Below, one piece after another: positions 13,492-27,150 of a stretch of DNA of 64,000 nt (the first letter of the stretch is position 1; each line of letters opens with the position of its first letter). The position numbers and the translations under genes are program-made. This DNA comes from Eledone cirrhosa (taxonomy: Eukaryota). Location of the stretch: contig OZ024740.1 in the NCBI GenBank assembly GCA_964016885.1, forward strand, positions 155,434,001 through 155,498,000. The letters are read 5' to 3'. A model generated the notes under the pieces. It saw only the letters and a list, made by a program, of their open reading frames with translations, ran no database searches and was not told the DNA's origin.

Positions 13492-13670
13492 GAGATACAT
13501 AACCAACAAACCTACTAAAACAGGAATGAAATAATCCTTGGATATTGAAATCTATGTGAGAGATACATAACCAACAAACCTACTAAAACAGGAATGAAAT
13601 AATCCTTGGATATTGAAATCTATGTGAGAGATACATAACCAACAAACCTAAACATCCCCAGGAATGAAAT
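13492..13670 (+). repeat. 68-bp tandem repeat, ~2.5 copies
   Basis: GAGATACATAACCAACAAACCTA at 13492, 13560, 13628. Confidence 0.9.
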
Positions 13671-14169
13671 AACAAAAATCTCAGTAGTTCATATTTTGAA
13701 GTTGAAGATTTTGATAACATAAGTGATGCAGCTGTATTTCAGAATAGTGAAGTAAATGAGAGAGAACAAAATGATTTATTCTATTCGTATCTAGAATAAT
13801 GCACTGACAAATAATACAAACCTCAGTATAGACCATCTGCTTCATGATTTAAGTAGTCAAATAGAAAGAAAATATTTTGACAAAATGGGATATTATAAAG
13901 TTTATTATTTAAAGAATTGCTTTACTTGGAATAAGTTTGCATAAAGTTATTAAGCTTGTTTAAAAAAAAATACAAGATAAAGCATAAAACAAAGTAGTCA
14001 AATAACTAAGTTTACATTAGTTTGGCAAGCCATTTAAACTGAGATCATGTGTTGGGAATAAAACAATTGATGGCATTGTGTTAGTGTCATTGTAACTTAA
14101 AAACACACTCACTTACACTGAAATACACAGAAATATAGAATCAGTGACCGGGTCAAAGAAGTGCATCAA

Positions 14170-14360
14170 AATAATTGTTTCTACTTTAGGCACAAGGCCA
14201 GCAATAACCCAGTGCATTACTGGTACTTTATTTTATCGACCCCGTAAGGATGAAAGGCAAAGTCAACCTCGGCGGGATTTGAACTCAGATCGTAAAGGGA
14301 CGTAACTATGCTGGAAAGCATGGCGTCCGACCCTCTACCGATACTGCCAATCCACCGCCT
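14170..14360 (-). mobile_element. SINE family A with target-site duplication; older copy at ~14400-14612
   Basis: GAAGTGCATCAAAATAAT repeated on both sides (~14158 and ~14365). Confidence 0.9.
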
Positions 14361-14689
14361 TTTTGAAGTGCATCAAAATAATGATACATAATATTAATAA
14401 TAATGAATTCTGATTTAGAAACAAGGTCAGCAATTTGAGGGGAGGGGAAAGTCAATTAAATCCACCTCAGTGCATTACTGGTACTTTATTTTATCAACCT
14501 CCGTAAGGATGAAAGGCAAAACTAACTTCGGCAGGATTTGAACTCAGAAAGAGCCGTAACTCTATGCCGCAAGGCATATTGTCTGACGCTCTACCGATAC
14601 TGCCAATCCACATAATAATATTAATAAGGTAAAACTGCCTATATCAGCAAATGTGTGTGTTTTAATAGATAATTATGCCACCACAATGG

Positions 14690-15640
14690 TGCAATTGTCA
14701 TGATAAAATGCACCCAGTACACTCTGTAAAGCAGTTGGTGAGAGAAAAGGCATCCAGCTTTAAAAATCATGCCAAATGAAACATACAAGTGAGACGCCCC
14801 CACCCCACCCCCAAATCCAACTAGGAGGACAGTAACTCTAAATATGAGCTGATTTAAATCGTGATGACATATTCAGCTCATGTCAAAATAGAACACAAAC
14901 ACAAAATGATGATGAAAAACAAAATTAATAATAAATAAGTATCTATAACAGTGTATGTGTAATTTAATATTAAATGACTTCACCATACTGGTGCAATGCC
15001 ACAGACTTAATATCTGTGACTAGGTGAAAGACGCATGACAAAATAGTTTGATATTTCTTAATATATATTCATCATCATTATCATGAGCAGCAGCAATATC
15101 ATTATTTTTTTACATGTGATTTTTCAAGCTGGCATGGGTTAGTGAGAAGTTTTGAGGCAGGGTTTTACAGTCAAATCCTCTTCTTGATGCCACCCTTTTT
15201 AGTCACCTCTAACGACAAGCTGGGATGCCATGTACCAATTCTAAAAGCCAGGACACATGTGGCATATCATCATCATCATATTAACACCTGCTTACCCTGC
15301 TAGCAACGATTGAATGGGTTTACATAGACCAAGTCAGTACTGAAACAGAGCCACTGTTCTCTCAGGCAGGCCAGGAATCTGTGTTTTGCTTTATGTACGG
15401 TTAATGCTCCACCAATAGCACAAGAGAAGTTGTCACATCTGGATGCCCTTCCTATCACCAACCACTTTACAGCGTGTACTGGATGCATTTATTGTATAGA
15501 TCACCAACACTAGGGAGGCAGTCATATCCATATATATCATCATCCTTTAACATCCATTTTCCATGCTAGCATGGGTTAGACAAGTTGTCCCATTAGAGGC
15601 AAGTCAGGTGAGGTGACTGTGTCTTGCTCATATAGAATTT
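14690..15640. repeat. Decayed RTE 3' UTR-derived repeats (others at ~1087-1182, 18360-18480, 42140-42306, 52580-52735, 58410-58725)
   Basis: Shared GGATGCCCTTCCTA / CATGCTAGCATGGGTT motifs and (CAT)n tails without ORF. Confidence 0.65.
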
Positions 15641-16059
15641 AGGAATCCATCTCCAAAGACAGAATTGCCAAGACAGATAAACAAGTTCACAACATCAAGG
15701 CTGGTTACATGAACAAATTAGTACCACATATGGCTTGCTTGGAGCAGGTGAAAACACACACTTGTCCACAAGTACAGTTACAAGTCGGTACCAAAATCAT
15801 AATCATCAACATACAAGAGATCGCAACCTAGAGCCATAAGTATCATAGACTTGGCTTGGAAAGGATCCAAGTTAAAATTTAACCTGTGGCACAATAGTGG
15901 ACAAAGATGCCATATATATATATAATAAATGTAATCTGAGTTTTTCGAATATTAATAATAACATTCGATTCGTTTGCAATTTTGCAAACAAGCCTCAATT
16001 TTATAGCCATGTCAGTAGAATGAACACTTTATTCTTGCTCTTGTGTTGGCATGCGAACA

Positions 16060-16109
16060 GAACTGCAGACACTAATGTTTCTGGGTATCACTCTTCATCA
16101 GTACAGCTC
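16060..16109 (-). ncRNA. Minimal type I hammerhead ribozyme motif, GUC triplet
   Basis: Minus strand GAGCTGTA-CTGATGA-AGAGTGATACCCA-GAAA-CATTAGTG-TC-TGCAGTTC; 8-bp stem I with two G.U pairs; in a ~190-bp cassette between (TA)n tracts. Confidence 0.8.
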
Positions 16110-16140
16110 AATATATATATATATATATACATAAATATTA

Positions 16141-18262
16141 GCTTAAGCTTTTGTTGACATAGAGAAGGCCTTTGATAGAGTACTCCGATCATCATCTGGT
16201 GGTCCGTAAGGAAACTAGGTGTAGAGGAATGGCTTGTGAGGACAGTGCAAGTTATGTACAGAGGAGCTGTGAAAAGTGAGAGTAGGAATGGAGTTTAGTG
16301 AGGAATTCAAGATACTTGTAGGAGTACATCAGAGTTCGGTCTTCAGCCCACTTTTATTCATTTCTAGCAGTGGTACCCGGCATTGCACGGGATAAGGTAT
16401 TTTGGAACGCGGGCTGCCAACAGACCTAATCGTGGAAAAACTGCATGCGTGGACAATATGTAAAGAAAATAAACTGAATACTCTGATGGTTGGATAATCT
16501 TTAAGATTTTCCTCGATGAAGAAGGAAAAATGCAGGTTTTCACCTAATGCGGGCCTTATGGGATCAAGAAAATTAATTTTTTTTATGTGCATAATATACC
16601 TTGAAATTTCGGGAAAATTGGCTAGACATAACACCTCAAAAAAGCCCTAAAAAGCTGAAAAAATGAAGTTTTTCACCTAATGCGGGCCGACCATTTTCTT
16701 TGCTCATGGTACGAAGAAGAGACTGACTAATACATAGTTACAATTTCAAGGAAATCAATCTGACGTAACGACTCAAAAAAACCCTAAAAACCTGAAAAAA
16801 ACGCAGTTTTTCAACTAATGCAGGCCCTAGGGGATCAAAAAGTTGAATTTTTTGATGTGCATAACACTCCCTGAAACATAAGTAAAGCACATGTAAAGTT
16901 TGAAAAAAGTCGGTTGGGTACTTCTCGAGTTTTAGGGATTCAAACTCACAGACACACATGGACTGACATCCTCAGGTAAGCGACGTAATGCAGACAGTCA
17001 GACATACAGACAGATATAAGGGCGTGACGTTATATGCATGTATCTATCTAAAAAGAGAAAGACTAAGAATTACAGAGAGAGATCGGTATATCGCCTAATG
17101 CGGTCCCTATGGCATTAAAAATTTGAAAATTTTTTTTGCTCAGAACACTCCCTGAAACATAAGTATTATATGTGTAAAGTTTGAAAAGAGTCGGTTGGGT
17201 GGTTCTCGAGTTTTAGGGATTCAAACTCACACACACACAGACAGACATCCTCAGTTTTATATATATAGAGAGTTCTCCAAGCCATAACAGAGTAGATTAA
17301 GACTGGCTGCCCATGGGAACTTCTTTGTGCTGATGAACTGGTATTTATAGCAGAATCAGTAGAGGAGCTAGAGAAGAAATTCTGGCTATGGAAACAGCAG
17401 TTGGAATCAATGAGATTGAGAGTGAACCTAGCAAAGACTAAAGTGTTGATAAGTAGGAAAGAGGACAAAACTCTGACTCCATCAGGGAAATGGCCATGCT
17501 CGATATGTAGAAAAGGAGTTGGCATAAACTCTATAGAATGTAACACAATGCAGATCTTGGGTACATAAGAGGTGTAGTGGGATATCAGGCAAACTAACAG
17601 GAAAGGAAAACTTCATATGTAGTAGATGTTCAGTGAAAGGCATATTTTTCAAACGCAGGTAGGATCAATAGAGGTGGTTGATAGCTTCCGATATCTAGGT
17701 GATCAGATTAGCAAGGGGGGAGGATGCTCTGAGGCCATAGTATCTAGAATAAGGACTAGATGAAAGAAGTTTAGGGAGCTGCTTCTTCTATTGACAATGA
17801 AGGGTTTCTCTCTGCGAACGAAAGGTCGGTTGTATGATGCTAGTGTGAGATGCGCTATGCTGCATAGTAGTGAGACATGGGCAGCAACTGCAGAGGATAT
17901 GCGAAGGCTGGAGAGAAATGAAGCAAGCATGTTCCGATGGATGTGCAATGTCAGTGTGCATGAAGGAGTTGAGAGTGAATAAGAGGAATAAACTGAAGTG
18001 TGCAGAAGAGAAGACTGCATTGGTATGGCCAATGTGATGCACATGGAAGATGACCGCTGGGTAAAGAAGTGCCAAGAAATTTCAGTGGAAGGAAGATGCA
18101 GTAGAGGAAGACCACGAAAAATATGAGCAGAGGTGGTGCAAGTTGACCGAGGAGATGACGAAGGACCGTGACAAATGGAGAGATGCTGTGCTGAAGAGGA
18201 CCTGTCCAACCCTTGCAAGCAAGGAAAAGAGGACGTAAAATGATGATGATGATGATGATGAT
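16141..18262 (+). mobile_element. Older RTE LINE fragment interrupted by a Helitron
   Basis: RT remnants AFVDIEKAFD...LLFI (16141-16363) resume as VLQAITE at ~17272; (GAT)n tail at ~18240. Confidence 0.9.
16364..17271 (-). mobile_element. Non-autonomous Helitron
   Basis: Minus strand starts TCTCTATATATATAAAAC, ends CCCGTGCAATGCCGGG hairpin + CTAG; splits the RTE reading frame. Confidence 0.85.
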
Positions 18263-18959
18263 GTTATATACATGTATATATGTATATAACTTAGATAACT
18301 TAGATAGGTTTCGGCCAGTATAGGCCCAGGGCATGTCTAACTTAATAGCACCACCTAACATATCATCATCATCCATTACATTCATGTCCATTTTCCATGC
18401 TGGCATGGGTTGGACAAATTATTACAGTCAAATACTTGACTGGTATTGACTCATGTTTCATATCTGGCATGGTTTCCACATATACATGAGTGTATGTGTA
18501 AGAACATTATATATAATATAAATTGGGGTAGAGGGAATGAGGCAACACTCATAACTTAAGCTCTCTCTCTAGTGTGATTGAAGTAGTTGATGTTTAGTTT
18601 AATCCTTAATGTCCACAATCATATGAAACCACAATAGCCAAACATTCTTGAAAAATACAAAACAACAATATGAATACATCACATTAAATACTAAAGTTTT
18701 TACTCAAGTTTACTGTAAATTTTCACAATGATCTATCCACTAGAAAAGATATAAACATTTGAATTAAACCTATTTTTCGATATTTTCTGCTAAATCATTC
18801 CAGGAGTTAAACTGTAGGCAAAATAAAACAAAATAAAATAAGAAGAAAAGAAATTGTTTGATTCCCCCCTCCCCCCACACCTTGAAAAAGATCAAATACT
18901 CTAAAACCATCTGTTCATCCAAATTATTTATAATTTATATAAAATATGAGAGTACTTAC

Positions 18960-19151
18960 AATTCTCCAACGAGGCCTAAGACAATTAATAGGCTAGGAAT
19001 GGCAGGTACGCTCACTCTTTTGTTGTAAGCAAATTCTCCAGGATCTTGAAGGAGTTTCTGCTCATCATCAGAATCTTCTGACTCAACATCTTGTTCTTCA
19101 CTATTTTGATGTACCAGACGGCGTTGAACATTTGTATCCATTGCTTCAGAT
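18960..19151 (-). CDS. Host gene exon (192 nt), probable N-terminus and first TM segment of a membrane protein
   Basis: Acceptor TTTTCTCTTGTAG, donor TT|GTAAGT, open frame MDTNVQRR...DDEQKLL...IPSLLIVLGLVGE, non-repetitive sequence. Confidence 0.75.
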
Positions 19152-19643
19152 CTACAAGAGAAAAGAAATAATATTTTAAATGGTTTGATTCAAAAGCAGA
19201 TGGAGAGAGGGGGAGACAAAGAGACAGTCAGACAGACACAGAGACAGAGTGTAATTATTTTTATGGCCATTCTTCCATACTTGCATGGACAAATATTAAA
19301 GCATATCCCATGTAGCATTAAATGGCATAGAGTACAAGACTCCATACTTCTTCGCTACAGATATTCAAACTGAACCACCACATCAATATGATTAGTCATG
19401 GAGGGCTTATAAAAGTTATGGGCTTTGTTATTCCACTTCCTACAGATCCTTAAAGATTAGAAAAAATTTCTTCACAATCTATACATACTTACACTACAAT
19501 ACCAATACACATACCAAAAAGACAGAACATTTCAATAAATTCTAAGATAGGAAATTTGAATGGGGAAAAAAAAATTAAACCATACATACACCCACTCCAG
19601 CCTCTATGTTTCATAAGATCATGGATTTTGACATACCCAACAA

Positions 19644-19797
19644 TCAGTGCCGGATCTAGGACAAATGAGGCCCTGTGCCAGTTAAGTTACGAGTCGCCAA
19701 ACATTTCAAAATTCATCCTAAAAAAATTTTTTGCCAAGAAGATGCCCCCATGGCCAACGGGGCCCTGTGCTTAAGCACAATGGTAAATCTGGCACTA
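19644..19797. mobile_element. Short hAT-like MITE
   Basis: Imperfect terminal inverted repeats CAGTGCCGGATCTA / TAAATCTGGCACTA. Confidence 0.5.
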
Positions 19798-21045
19798 CAA
19801 ATCCAACAATACACAATGTGTCTCTTCAATGAGTTTAAATTAAGACATTTTAAGATTGCTTTTGTCTCCCTCAGCTATTTTAATTTTTCTTATAAAACAT
19901 TTACTTTTTTTTGTATGAAATATTTCCTTTTTTAATAAAATACTTTTGCTTTTATTATTAAAATTATTTTTAATCAAAATAATTTCTCAAAATTTGTTTA
20001 TATACATTTTTAGAAATTTCAATTAAGAAAAAATTCACTTATTAAGATTGTTCACTACCCTACTTTATAAACAAAATTACAAATTTGAAATTTTTTTTTT
20101 TTTTTTTCTTCATCATATGTGAGTGCATGTATGTGTGTGTATGTATGTATGTGTGCGTGAGCAGGTATGCCTGGTGCGTATGCATGTAGGTCTGTATGTG
20201 TATGTATATATGTGTATGTGTGGGTATGTATGTGTTTAGAAGTATCCATATAGATGAGTATGTGTATGTGTGTAGAGATGCCTCTGTATGTGTGTGTTTC
20301 ATAGTTTTCTCTACTCAATGATAAAAATCTATTTGAGAATTTAAGCTTTAACTCTTAATTGCATTGCATGCAATGTTCACACTCTTAACTGAATCTTCAT
20401 TAAGTATAAAGCTGATTTTAATGCAATTGTAAACTTAAAATATAAAGCAATTTGATGGTTGATTTCTGTTTGCAGAAGACAAATTTTAATTGATGCAAAC
20501 TAAAATTAGCAATAATAACACAACAGTAGTAGTAGTAGTAGTAGTAGTAGTAATAAAAGACTGCCAATTAAATAATTGAATAAATATATACTTTGATTTG
20601 AGGCAACACAAAAAATTGAAAGAAGAAAATTTTCGTTGCTATAAAGACAACTTGTAGAGTGTTTTGAAAATTAAAATGATTCTGCTGTTTGCCTTGAAGG
20701 GAGTAAAACACTTTTTTTTAAAACAGTAAATATTTTTAATGATGGATGTCTTCATTAAATTAATAATTTCAAAATATTGTAATATATTTTCATTTGCAAA
20801 AAATAATAAGAAACTGTTTACTGTTGTTTTTTTATTATATTCTAAAACATTATATATACATAGTATATATAATGTTTTAGAAATTTAAGTAAATCTACAA
20901 GATTTTAATTGACTGATGCACTCATAATTTCTTTATTAATTTTATATCAAAATTTGCAAACAATAGTCGTTTGAGGTGGTAGGTTTCCAATGAGCCAATC
21001 ACTGGCTCGCCTCATTTCTGATATAACTCAGTGAATAACACATAT

Positions 21046-22230
21046 ACATAGGGTGCGGACGGTATCTGTTCGCAATTTTCAACTGCTAATTTTACACAGT
21101 TTTCTTACTTTCGTTGTTGGTCTTTTTTTGCTTGAAAGCAATAATCCTTTTTGCATTCGTTTTTTGCAGAATAATTGACTATGGACAATTTTGAATCCTT
21201 CAATTTGTGGAAAAGGCATAGAAGGACAAATAAAGAGATTTCAGACTTCCTCAGTGTCAGCAAAAGGATGGTAGAAAAGGTCAGAAAGGAACTGGAAGAT
21301 TCAGGATTTGTCTACAAGGCAACATCAGAGAGGAAATTTCATGATTCATGATCTGATACTGTCAGAATGCCACAGTTCATTGCTGAAGTCCAGGAGATCA
21401 TCAACTATGATCCCAGCAAGTTGATATGGGTCATAGCAAGGGAAAAAGGTGTGGATGAAAAGCTCATCAAGCTAGTGGTTTATGAGAAGATTTACTACAA
21501 GATGAGCAAGGAACAATTTCTGTTTGAGGTGATGCAGGAAAAGTGACTCAAGCACACCAAGAAGCTGATCAACAAGTTGAAACACTCACTAGAGCCAGAT
21601 ATGCTGTGATTCTTCTCCAACAAGAACTTTTACCAAGACCAAAAGATTAACTCCTAGATCAAGAGCTGGCTTGTTGTCTTACCCAAGGACATGCCCAGAG
21701 TCATGTAGATGAAGTTTCCAGTGACAATCATGGTCTTCGGCCTCAGGCTGAACACTAACGGCTACATCTGTGTTCTGAGTGAGGGAGTGAAGACCTGGAT
21801 CGATCAGGTAGCTGCAGGGAGGACATATATGTGACAGCAACACTCAGCCATACCAGCCTGAAGTCTCAGAGAACTTCTTCAACCACATTGCACCTGACAT
21901 TTGGCTTCCCAAATTGCCTGGTTGCAACCCCCTCAACTTCTTTGTGTGGGGTGCAGTGGACCGAGATGAACAGATCCAGCTGCAACACAAAGTATAAGCT
22001 GTGTGCCAGGATCACCAGGGCCTTCAGGGGCCTAAGTCAGGAGACATTGAAGAAGGCCTGTGGCTGGTTCCGCGGCCACTTCAAGGCTGTCATCGAAGCC
22101 ATAGGTTGGGTTCATCAAGTGAAATCAACAGAACATGTCATGAAGACAAACTGACCCAAGTTTGGTGAATAAATCTAAAAATATAAAAACCCTCTGTTAT
22201 TTTCCACCAGACAGTAGTCTTGCGAATGAG
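21046..22230 (+). mobile_element. Decayed Tc1/mariner (maT/DD37D-like) transposon
   Basis: Pseudo-ORF from 21181 with stops, ending in a degenerate WPPNSPDLNPLD-type motif (WL.../CNPLNFFVWGAV); right end truncated. Confidence 0.75.
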
Positions 22231-23079
22231 TACATACATATATATATATATACATGCATAATACACATATACACATACATAGCAATACCTTTATGCTGGG
22301 TGGATTCGGCCACTTTGAATGATAAAGTGTTAATTCAAGCAAAGTAACAACTACAGCTCAGTTAACAATGTTGATGTCATGCATTAACAGTTTCATAATA
22401 ACCAATTGATTTGTTACCTTAGATATAATCTAAGCATATAATCAATTAAATTCATGTTGCTTCCAGGTTTCAAACTACAGCTGCTTATTTTAATTGATTC
22501 AGTAATGTCCCAGTTCACTGTCAGTACACTTTGAAGTGTCACCACAACTAATATATGCACTTACTAGTTGCACTTCCTAACCTCACAGTCAAGACTAGTT
22601 AATTGTTCTTCAAAAGTGATGAATATAGTGACTTACTGATATAGTGAATAGGTGTAGGCATGCTTGTGTGGTTAAAAAGATCGCTCTGCAACCATTTTGT
22701 TTCAGGATCACTCACACTGCATGACACCATGTGAAAATGTTTTCTAACATGGTATGAGGTAAAAAGGCCACGTGAGGAAAACCACATAAAAGCTTGTGTT
22801 TTGTGTGTGCATGTGTGTGATCATCATTATCATCATTTAACATCTGTTTTCCTGGCTACCAAGGACTGGACAAGTTATCACAAACCAAGTCTGTACTTGA
22901 TCAGAGCTACTGATTTCTCAAATGTGCCAGGGTCCTGTATCATGCTTACATACATTCCCTACACTCAATTGTGGCAGCAGTAGGGAGGATGGCATGTCAT
23001 TGAAGAGTCCTCTCAACTCTTTGTTTACCAAGTATTCACTGGCCTAGGATGACCCCCCAGTCTCATCAAGTAAGAGCAA

Positions 23080-23290
23080 TGTAGAAGATTGAGTATCTGC
23101 CTGACTAGGATTTCACCAGCAATTGACAGAAGTGATATCCCATGATGGTTTTTACATACACTCCTATACCCTTTGTTCTTGTAGAGATGTTTGATGGATG
23201 CATCCTTGTAGTCCTGAAGAACATGACCAGCTCTCCAAATTGTTTTGAAGAGCTCATACAGTTTTCTAACCAGCTTTTGTCCACCATACA
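23080..23290 (-). mobile_element. Fragment of a second RTE-type LINE RT
   Basis: QDYKDASIKHLYKNKGYRSVCKNHHGISLLSIAGEIL. Confidence 0.7.
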
Positions 23291-23501
23291 TATATATGAG
23301 AGGTAGCCTCCAAGTGGAGTTAGCCCCCCCCCTCTCTCTGAAGACAGTTAACAAAACAGAAATGGCCATTAGGGTGTTCTTCCTTGGTTACTAAAGACTA
23401 GTGATTAATTTCATCACTTCTAAAATTCATAGCAAGGCTGTAAAAATGGTTATTTACATGAACATTTCATATTGTATATTATTCAATATACAGATATATA
23501 T

Positions 23502-26500
23502 CATCATCATCGTCATCATCATCGTTTAACGTCCATCTTCCACGCTTGCATGGGTTTGGACGGGAGTTTTCCCACTTGAGGCAAGATTGGTTGTCCTGCT
23601 CGTATAGGACTGTCTGGCGGGTTTTCTACGGCTAGATGCCCTTCCTAACACCAACCACATTTACAGTGTGGACTGGGAGGCTTTTACCGTGTTACTTACA
23701 CGGCCACATTACAGCGTGGACTGTGTGTTTTTTTGTCGTGACACCTACACGTCTGGCGGGTTTTCTACGGCTGGATGCCCTTCCTAACACCAACCACGTT
23801 TACAGTGTGGACTGGGAGGTTTTTACCGTGTTACCTACACGGCCACATTACAGCGTGAAATGTGTATTTTTTTTGTCGTGACACCTACACGACCTCATTT
23901 GTTTCGGACTGGATGTTGTGGTACCAACATAACTTCACATTGAAGGGGGTGGTGTTGATGGGACGGGGGTAGTGGGACAGGGGTGTATTTTTGTTAGAGG
24001 TGCTTACTGACTGTAGGTTTCGCTTTGTACTTAGGCAAGGCAGGTTTTCTGTATTACTGTGTAGCGCCAAAGATCTTGGTCCAGTGACATTGTCTTGGAG
24101 AGGTGTAAGTGTGTGAGGTCGAAATTTATCAAGTCGTCCCAGGTTTTTCTGGGTCTGCCTACTCCGTGGCTACCGTCTATTTTTATCGTCCGGCACTTTT
24201 TTATACAGCTGTCGTCTTTCATGCGCTTCACGTGACCATACCAACGTAGCCTTCTCTCGAGTAATCAACATCTGATCCCTCTTCTTCCTAATTTCTCCCT
24301 TAGTTCGTTTATGCTTTGCCGTTCACGTATATTACTATTACACATCCAGCGGAGCATGTAAGCTTCGTTCCTCTCTAGTCTGCGTATATCATCTGCACAC
24401 AATGACCAGGTCTCACTGCCATGTAACAATGCTGTTCGTATGCAGGCATCATACAGCCTGCCTTTCATTTTTAGAGAGAACCCTTTAGCGGCCAATAGTG
24501 GTATAAGCTCTCTGAACTTTTTCCATCCCGTTCTGACTCTAGCTACTGTACTTTCAGAGCACCCTCCACCACTGCTGATTTTGTCACCCAGGTAATGGAA
24601 GGTGTCCACTATTTCTATAGAACCATTTGTGCAATGGAATGAGCTAGTATTCTGTGGGCACTTGCTGCTACTTATTGCACCAGAGCACCGGCCACATATA
24701 AAATCTATATTCTTAGTTAGCTTACCTGTGATCCCACTACATCTTTTATGCATCCATACTTTGCATTTGGGACATAAAATGGAGTTTCTGCCTACTCCTT
24801 TCCTACTAACTGAGCATGGGCATTTCCCAGATGGGACCGGTGCCCTATTTTCTTTCCTACAAACTAGAACTTTAGTCTTAGACAAGTTAAGGGCAATAAT
24901 AAATAGTAGGGGGCTAAGAACGGAGCCCTGATGAACACCAACTTTTATGCTAAACTCTTCACTATGTTCGTTGTTAATTCTAACCTTGCTGACTGTTTCT
25001 TTATACATGGCTTGTATAGCTCTCATAAGCCATTCATCAACACCTAATTTTCTAAGAGCCCACCAGATAATGGAGCGGGGGACTCTGTCAAAGGCTTTCT
25101 CCAAGTCAACAAAAGCTAACTATAGGGGTTTACTTTTAGCTAGGTACTTCTCCTGTAGTTGTCGTACAATGAAAATAGCGTCTGTGGTACTTTTACCTGA
25201 CACAAACCCGAACTGCATTTCATCTAGATCAATTCGTTCTCTGATTAGTTGCGCTATTACTTTTTCTGTGACCTTCATGACCTGGTCAATTAATTTAATG
25301 CCTCTATAGTTACCCCTATCTAGGGCATCTCCTTTACCCTTGTAGCAGTTAATGATGATGCTGCTACGCCAGTCCTTCGGAACGGCCCCATTCTGTATGA
25401 CTTGGTTTACTATCCGGGTGACCATAGTGTGTCCCACTGTTCCACATGCTTTCAGCATTTCAGCAACTATTTCCGAAGGCCCAGCCGCCTTACCCGTCTG
25501 CATATCTTTGATTGCCTTACTTATTATACTACCTTCAACTAGCACTGCTGGTCCCTCTATTGGATCGATGTGGGGGAGACTGTCTTTCTCCCATTTATTC
25601 TCCTCATTTAGTAGCCTTTCGTAGTGACACTTCCAAGCTTCCTTCTTATCAGCGTCAGTGATGGCAAGTACACCATCATCATTAAGGACACACTTCTCCC
25701 CGACAATATCACGGTTTTCCTTGACACATTGCCTAGCAATCCTGAACACCTCACGTTTTTGGTCCTCGCGTTGTAGAACATACTTGAACTTTCTTTCCTC
25801 TGCTTCCCTTCTTGCGAAGTACACTTGTCTCCTAGCTTCCCTCCTGGCCACTTGATAGTCTTCTCTACTTCTCCCATCCCACCATACTTTCCAAGCCTGC
25901 TTTTTGGCCTTAATTGACTCCTCCACCTTACTGTTCCACCACCATGTTACTCTCCTCCTGCCTATAGGCCTGCTCCAGCCACAGACTTCATCTGCCGCCT
26001 TCAGCAGATTAGCTTTCAGGAATTCCCACTCTTCCTCTATATTGTACGACTCTAATTGCTCTTCCTTACTGTCGAAAGCATCAAGTAATATGCTTTTACT
26101 GGCTGTGGGGTCCTTTAGTGTCCATATTTTTCTCCTGAAGATAGTTCTCCTCTGTTGTCGAGTACGTCTTGTCCTGACTATGAGGTCACTGACTATGAGT
26201 CTATGTTGGGAGGTGCATTCTTCATGGGGGAGGGATTTAGTGTTTAGAACAGACACTCTATCACGTCTTCTGGTAAGGATATAATCTATCGGACTGGCGT
26301 ATTCCCCTGATCTATAGGTGATCAAGTGATTGTCTCATTTTTTTAAGTTAGTGTTACAGATAGTTAGGTTATTTGCGTCACAGAATTTCAGGATTCTGGA
26401 GCCTTCCTCATTTCTAGTACCAAACCCATAGCCTCCATGGATTCCGCCATAGCCGTCACAATGTTGTCTAATGTGACCATTTAGGTCGCCAGCAATAATT

Positions 26501-27150
26501 ATGTAGTCACTGTCGGTTATTTGGGAGGTAGTGAGCATCAATGTCTCATAGAATCTGTCTTTTATAGCGCCAGGCAGTCCGGATTGGGGTGCATACGCAG
26601 ATATTACTGTCACAGTAGTTCTATTTAGGACAAGTCTTATTTTAATTATTCTGTCGTTCACTCTATTTACGTCTATTATCTTATCTACCCATTTTTCTGC
26701 TAACATGATTCCTACCCCACCAAGCCCATTGTCATTTCCCACCCACAAAAGCTTATAGCATCGTTTTTTACCCACAATGAATCTAGCAGACCCACCCCTC
26801 CACCTGGTCTCATGGATACAGCAAACATCTACCTCCTTACATTCAAGCATTTCTACAACCTCGTTAGAGTGACCTTTTAAGGTGCCTACATTCATGGTAC
26901 CAACTCTGAAGTTTTGGATTGCGTTTGGTGGGTGGGAATGGTGGGGACGGGGAGGGGTGAGGGGGATGGGGTTGGGGTTATGTTGGCCATCGGCGGCCGA
27001 AACAAAGAGGGGGAGTCCTTGCCTTTTCGTCCGGCAGCATGAGGTGAATTTGTCTTTATCTTTGGCATTGTCACTGTGTGTCCAGATTTTTCAGACTCTC
27101 CAGAATTCCTTAGTCCATCCATCATATCGAAAAGCAACCAGAAGTGATAG
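23502..27150 (-). mobile_element. Near full-length RTE LINE, frameshifted, with internal deletion removing YADD
   Basis: APE endonuclease (26335-26895), linker/RT (25120-26325, 24265-25104), 3' UTR duplication, (CAT)n tail; 5' UTR may extend to ~27495. Confidence 0.95.

Noticed and set aside
13492-13670. Regularly spaced repeats resembling a CRISPR array
   Set aside because: The spacers are identical; simple 68-bp tandem duplication in eukaryotic DNA
18510-18760. TAAACTTGAGTA (GAAACTCGAGTA-like) on the minus strand ~185 nt from (TA)n
   Set aside because: Only a damaged 3' half of an HHR with no CUGANGA; at most a pLTR remnant
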